DNA from: an uncultured Clostridia bacterium | Lineage (GTDB): Bacteria; Bacillota; Limnochordia; Darwinibacteriales; Darwinibacteriaceae | Direction of reading: 5' to 3' | DNA: 64,000 nt | Assembly: GCA_900018335.1 (NCBI GenBank) | Contig: FIZK01000006.1 | Coordinates: 5,576 to 69,575, forward strand | Part shown: piece by piece, positions 60,400 through 64,000 of the stretch | Position numbering within the stretch: the first letter of the stretch is position 1 | Layout: each line of letters opens with the position of its first letter | Position numbers and translations under genes: made by a program | Notes under the pieces: model-generated | The model's input: the letters and a program-made list of their open reading frames with translations, nothing else | Told to the model about the DNA's origin: nothing | Database searches by the model: none

Positions 60400-60617
60400 T
60401 TGCGCTCCGAATTGCTGGGCAACGCGTTCACGATGAGCTTATAGGCGCTCCAGATGGAGGTAAAACAGCCAATAAGCAAAAAAACTAAGGTGAATATCGC
60501 CCGTGTCTTGAGCAAGCGGTCGATGTATAGCCCCAAAGCGGTAAAAAGGCCGACACTCACTGCGACGGTCACGCCCACTTGAGTTACCAAAGAAATGTAC
60601 TTCAGGCTATTTTTCAT
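60396..60617 (-). CDS. atpZ: AtpZ/Atp1-like small membrane protein (ATPase_gene1 family)
   Basis: 73-aa protein with two TM helices, overlapping atpI by 4 nt, in the first position of the atp operon as AtpZ is in Bacillus. Confidence 0.5.
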   Translation of the reverse strand: MKNSLKYISLVTQVGVTVAVSVGLFTALGLYIDRLLKTRAIFTLVFLLIGCFTSIWSAYKLIVNALPSNSERK

Positions 60618-60842
60618 CGCTGTTCCTTTCGTTTTGGAAAGCCCCTATACATGTTCAACATGTTCGATCGTTTTCCTTCTCCTGTAAGCAAATAGCCGCT
60701 TTGAACAAGCTCCGTATGTATGATAACATATCAAGTAAGGGATATCCAAGCCTAGGGATAAAAGGCAATTTCCCAGGCCCCATGGATACTCCCAGCGCAC
60801 GCAAGTGCGCAAGCCATTACCTGCAATGATGGGAGATGCTGG

Positions 60843-62174
60843 ATGAAGATTGGAGTCGCGTCTTTAGGTTGTGCCAAGAATCTCGTGGACACCGAGATCG
60901 TACTTGGCTTTTTGGCGGAGTCGGGGCATGAGATTGTCAGCGATCCCCGCGATGCTGAGATTATTATCGTCAACACCTGCGGATTTATCACTGAGGCTAA
61001 AGAAGAGTCCATCCAAGCCATCCTGGAGATGGCGGAGTTCAAGGAATCCGGTTCCTGCCGAGGATTAGTGGTCATGGGGTGCCTGTCCCAGCGCTACGCT
61101 GGGGAGCTGTGGGAAGAGATCCCGGAGATCGATGCCATGCTGGGCACCAACGAGCTAGACTTGGTCCCCGAAGTGATCCAGCGTGTTGCCGGCGGCGAGC
61201 GGGTGTTGGAGAGGCGCAGCAGTTATTTTGATTACAATAAGCCCTATGCCCGGCTGTCCACCACCGGATCCCACTTGGCATACCTGAAGATCGCGGAGGG
61301 CTGTTCCCATCGCTGCGCTTTTTGTGTGATTCCCCACATTAGGGGTGAATACCGCAGCCGCACCATGGAATCCATCTTGCGCGAAGCAGAGACGCTCCAG
61401 CTTTCCGGTGTCAAGGAACTGTGCGTGATCGCGCAAGACAGCACGGCCTATGGGAAGGATCTGGGCACTAGCATTGTGGAGCTGCTGCAACGGCTGGCGG
61501 GGTTGGAGATTCCTTGGATTCGCCTGCTCTATACCTATCCCACGTCCATTAGCGATGATCTGCTGGATCTCATGGCCAGGGAACAGAATTTGGTGAAGTA
61601 CGTCGATTTGCCCCTGCAGCACGTTTCCCAGAGCGTTCTCCGGCGCATGAAGAGGCCGGGTGGTTTCGACTCAACGAAGGCGTTGATCGAGAAAATCCGC
61701 GACCGTATCCCCGGGGTAGTTATCCGCAGTTCATTCATTGTTGGTTTTCCAGGTGAAACCGAGGAGGATTTTCAGGAACTGCTGAGGTTTTTGGACACCA
61801 TGCGCCTGGATCATGTGGGGATCTTCAGATATTCCCGGGAAGAAAACTCAGCCGCGTATCATTATGAGGGGCAGGTGGACGAGGAAATAAAAGAACGACG
61901 TTACCATGAGGCCATGGCGGTGCAGCAGCAGGTGTCCGCTTCCCTCAATAGGAAGCTGGTGGGGAGGAAGATGAAGGTTCTTCTGGAATATCCATCTGAG
62001 GAATCGGATTTGGTGATGGTAGGTAGACACAGCGGGCAAGCTCCGGATGTGGATGGTGTGGTTTACTTAGGCAGAGATGCTCTGCAGCCCGGAGAACTGG
62101 TTACGGTGCGCATCACGGAAGCCCATGCCTATGACTTAGTTGGAGAGGTGGTGGAGGGCAGTGAACCTGCCTAA
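60843..62174 (+). CDS. rimO: ribosomal protein S12 methylthiotransferase RimO (radical SAM MTTase)
   Basis: N-terminal MTTase domain (MKIGVASLGCAKN...VNTCGF), radical-SAM CSHRCAFC and a C-terminal TRAM domain; 443 aa; followed by pgsA as with Bacillus yqeV. Confidence 0.8.
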   Translation: MKIGVASLGCAKNLVDTEIVLGFLAESGHEIVSDPRDAEIIIVNTCGFITEAKEESIQAILEMAEFKESGSCRGLVVMGCLSQRYAGELWEEIPEIDAMLGTNELDLVPEVIQRVAGGERVLERRSSYFDYNKPYARLSTTGSHLAYLKIAEGCSHRCAFCVIPHIRGEYRSRTMESILREAETLQLSGVKELCVIAQDSTAYGKDLGTSIVELLQRLAGLEIPWIRLLYTYPTSISDDLLDLMAREQNLVKYVDLPLQHVSQSVLRRMKRPGGFDSTKALIEKIRDRIPGVVIRSSFIVGFPGETEEDFQELLRFLDTMRLDHVGIFRYSREENSAAYHYEGQVDEEIKERRYHEAMAVQQQVSASLNRKLVGRKMKVLLEYPSEESDLVMVGRHSGQAPDVDGVVYLGRDALQPGELVTVRITEAHAYDLVGEVVEGSEPA

Positions 62175-62682
62175 CTTGGTTACTTCGCTCCGCATTTTGC
62201 TTGTGCCGCTGTTTGTGTACCTGTATCTGACCAATCCGGGGCAGATGAACCTCCCAGCAGCCTTTGTGTTTTTGCTGGCGTCCGTCACTGACGCCCTGGA
62301 TGGATATCTAGCCCGCAGTCGTAAGGAGGTCACCCGCTTTGGGCAGCTCATTGACCCCATCGCGGACAAACTCCTCATCACCGCGGCTCTGCTCACTTTG
62401 GTCCAGGCCGGGTCCATAAACACGTGGGAGGCCTTAATCATCCTAGGACGGGAGTTTGCCGTTTCGGGCTTGAGGATCTTAGCTGCGGCGGAGGGGAAGG
62501 TAATCGCGGCTTCGTTGTGGGGGAAGATCAAGACGGTTACTCAAATCGCAGCAGTTATGGCGTTTTTCCTGGGCATTTCCTGGGCTCGCCAGCTCATGTG
62601 GGTGGCCATTGTGGCTACCGTGTTGTCGGGCGTTAGGTACTTCCAGAAGGCCCAGGATGTACTAAAAAGCTCGATGGAATAG
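62161..62682 (+). CDS. pgsA: CDP-diacylglycerol--glycerol-3-phosphate 3-phosphatidyltransferase
   Basis: NLPNLVTSLRI N-terminus and CDP-alcohol phosphotransferase motif DALDGYLAR...G...DPIADK. GTG 62161 follows a GGAGG Shine-Dalgarno; the ORF as listed opens at 62140. Confidence 0.85.
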   Translation: MNLPNLVTSLRILLVPLFVYLYLTNPGQMNLPAAFVFLLASVTDALDGYLARSRKEVTRFGQLIDPIADKLLITAALLTLVQAGSINTWEALIILGREFAVSGLRILAAAEGKVIAASLWGKIKTVTQIAAVMAFFLGISWARQLMWVAIVATVLSGVRYFQKAQDVLKSSME

Positions 62683-62698
62683 TGTGTTATAATACTTA

Positions 62699-62730
62699 GT
62701 GTCAGCAATCAACGCTGACACTTTTTTTGT
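62699..62730 (+). terminator. rho-independent terminator after pgsA
   Basis: GTGTCAGC-aatcaac-GCTGACAC perfect 8-bp stem followed by TTTTTTTGTTTG. Confidence 0.75.
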
Positions 62731-62760
62731 TTGCAAGAATATGGGCGGGAGGAAGTACCC

Positions 62761-63327
62761 TTGAATTATCGCGGCTTTCATCTGCCGGCAGCCTTTCTGG
62801 TTTTTATCCTGGTAATTGCTGGCGGTTTGTTGGGAAAACATGTATACGAACGGACTCAGGTGATGACTCCGCTGGAGGCCAGGCTTGAGGAGGCGTCCGG
62901 CGTACAGAGAGTGGTCTTCCAGCGCGGACCTGGAGGGAAAACCGTGGTCTATCTCGAGCTGGATCCAGCGGTCACGCTGTCCTCGGCGTTTAGCCAGGTG
63001 CGGGAAATCGCAGCCAGTTCCAGGGCAGACTTGGCCATCTACGTGGTGGACTCGGCCAGCCAGGAGCTGTTGCACTTGTTTGAGCGGGTGAGGATCGCCG
63101 CGGAAGAGGCCATCATTACCGGCCAGTTCACCCTGCTGGAGGAGCGGGTTAGGGATCTGGCATTGGCGCAGGGGGTAACTTGGGAGCTCTCTGTGGATCG
63201 AGATTACATCTATGTGTCGCTGGCCGATGGTGAAAGTGTTTTGCGGCGGGTGATCAGCCGCGCTCCCCATGGGGGCGATCTGGAAGTGTATGCGGGAGGA
63301 GGTGCTGCGCCGTGGAGAAATGGGTGA
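62761..63327 (+). CDS. hypothetical membrane-anchored protein (N-terminal TM plus soluble domain), translationally coupled to the downstream FtsH-like gene
   Basis: TTG 62761 sits 5 nt after GGGAGGAAG; TM segment LPAAFLVFILVIAGGLL; no recognisable motifs. Its stop TGA overlaps the GTG start of the next gene (GTGA). Confidence 0.45.
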   Translation: MNYRGFHLPAAFLVFILVIAGGLLGKHVYERTQVMTPLEARLEEASGVQRVVFQRGPGGKTVVYLELDPAVTLSSAFSQVREIAASSRADLAIYVVDSASQELLHLFERVRIAAEEAIITGQFTLLEERVRDLALAQGVTWELSVDRDYIYVSLADGESVLRRVISRAPHGGDLEVYAGGGAAPWRNG

Positions 63328-64000
63328 AGGAGATCGCCCTGGGCGGCGCGGTGGCCGCGTTGGTTTTAGCTGTGATCTTTGGGTTTGACCTAAGCCTACT
63401 CTTGTTTCCCTTGAGCATGCTGGCTTTGGGCGCCATGTTCATCAGCGGACGTGGTGGACTCGCCGGGCGTTTCAGTCCCGCCCGCCTGGGGGGTGGGGAA
63501 GAGAGCACGGTTCCTGCGGTCACCTTTTCCCAGGTTGGGGGCCAGGAAATGGCGAAGAGAGAACTTTTGGAAGCGCTTACTTTTCTGAAGGAGAGCTCTC
63601 GCACAAGGCAGCTGGGGATTCGGCCCCTGAAGGGCGTTCTCCTTGTGGGGCCGCCAGGAACGGGCAAGACGCTCATGGCCAAAGCGGCTGCCAATTACAC
63701 CGCATCCGTCTTTTTGGCCGCTTCAGGTTCACAGTTCGTACAGATGTACGCCGGGGTGGGTGCCAGCCGGGTACGTCAGCTTTTCAAGGAGGCCCGTACA
63801 CAGGCACAACGGGCGAAGAAGGCCAGTGCCATTATCTTCATCGATGAGATCGACGTCTTAGGGCCAAAACGGGGGAAGAACGTCAGCCATCTGGAGTATG
63901 ACCAAACCTTGAATGAGCTGCTTACCCAAATGGATGGAGTAGACAGTGAACAAGACGTCCAGATCCTGGTGGTGGGCGCGACCAATCGTGCCGACCTGCT
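63324..64000 (+). CDS. FtsH-like AAA+ ATPase (3' end outside the window); two N-terminal TM helices with almost no extracytoplasmic domain
   Basis: TM1/TM2 within the first 45 aa, then an FtsH-type AAA module: VTFSQVGGQEMAKRELLEALTFLK, Walker A GPPGTGKT, FVQMYAGVGASRVRQLF, Walker B IIFIDEID and sensor-1 VVGATNRADLL. Open to the window end. Confidence 0.7.
   Translation, partial: MKEIALGGAVAALVLAVIFGFDLSLLLFPLSMLALGAMFISGRGGLAGRFSPARLGGGEESTVPAVTFSQVGGQEMAKRELLEALTFLKESSRTRQLGIRPLKGVLLVGPPGTGKTLMAKAAANYTASVFLAASGSQFVQMYAGVGASRVRQLFKEARTQAQRAKKASAIIFIDEIDVLGPKRGKNVSHLEYDQTLNELLTQMDGVDSEQDVQILVVGATNRADL

Overview
This 64 kb window is a high-GC (~58-60%) chromosomal segment from an endospore-forming Firmicute. 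Sporulation genes (cwlD-like, yunB, spoVD, spoVE, spoIIGA-sigE, sigG, spoIIR, spoIIP, ylmC) together with a 1Fe superoxide reductase suggest a Clostridia-like and probably anaerobic organism. Almost all of it is core housekeeping DNA. No transposases, integrases, CRISPR arrays or restriction-modification genes were seen.

Gene order: pheT (3' end), zapA, cvpA, cwlD-like amidase, a 706-aa U32 peptidase, mutS2, PBP1A (minus), yunB, a degenerate leuS-derived ORF, lgt (minus), murG, wrbA, superoxide reductase (minus), an unlisted 56-aa zinc-ribbon ORF, a PrsW-like protease, yebC, ruvCAB, recO, glyQS, ppdK, the dGTPase-dnaG-sigA operon, tRNA-Met, rnpB (type A RNase P RNA), a reduced dcw cluster (mraZ-rsmH-ftsL-spoVD-murE-murF-mraY-spoVE-murA-divIB-ftsZ), the sporulation sigma cluster (sigE-spoIIGA inverted; sigG-spoIIR), ylmC, nrdR, ftsK/spoIIIE, a rodZ-like HTH gene, hslO, spoIIP, murC, an SNF2 helicase with a partner ORF (minus), an oppBCA-like ABC transporter lacking ATPase genes, an F-ATPase operon atpZ-I-B-E-F-H (minus) that stops after delta, rimO, pgsA, and a membrane ORF translationally coupled to an FtsH-like AAA gene (3' partial).

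The observations most worth a second look are:
- a LeuRS remnant ORF (9633..10439);
- the rearranged pro-sigma-E activation locus (40877..44202);
- the truncated F0+delta ATPase operon (57962..60617) and a possible Na+-type c-subunit (59075..59350);
- two small unlisted ORFs (13490..13660 and 15167..15274);
- the membrane ORF + FtsH-like pair (62761..64000);
- a canonical MraZ operator (28773..28796).
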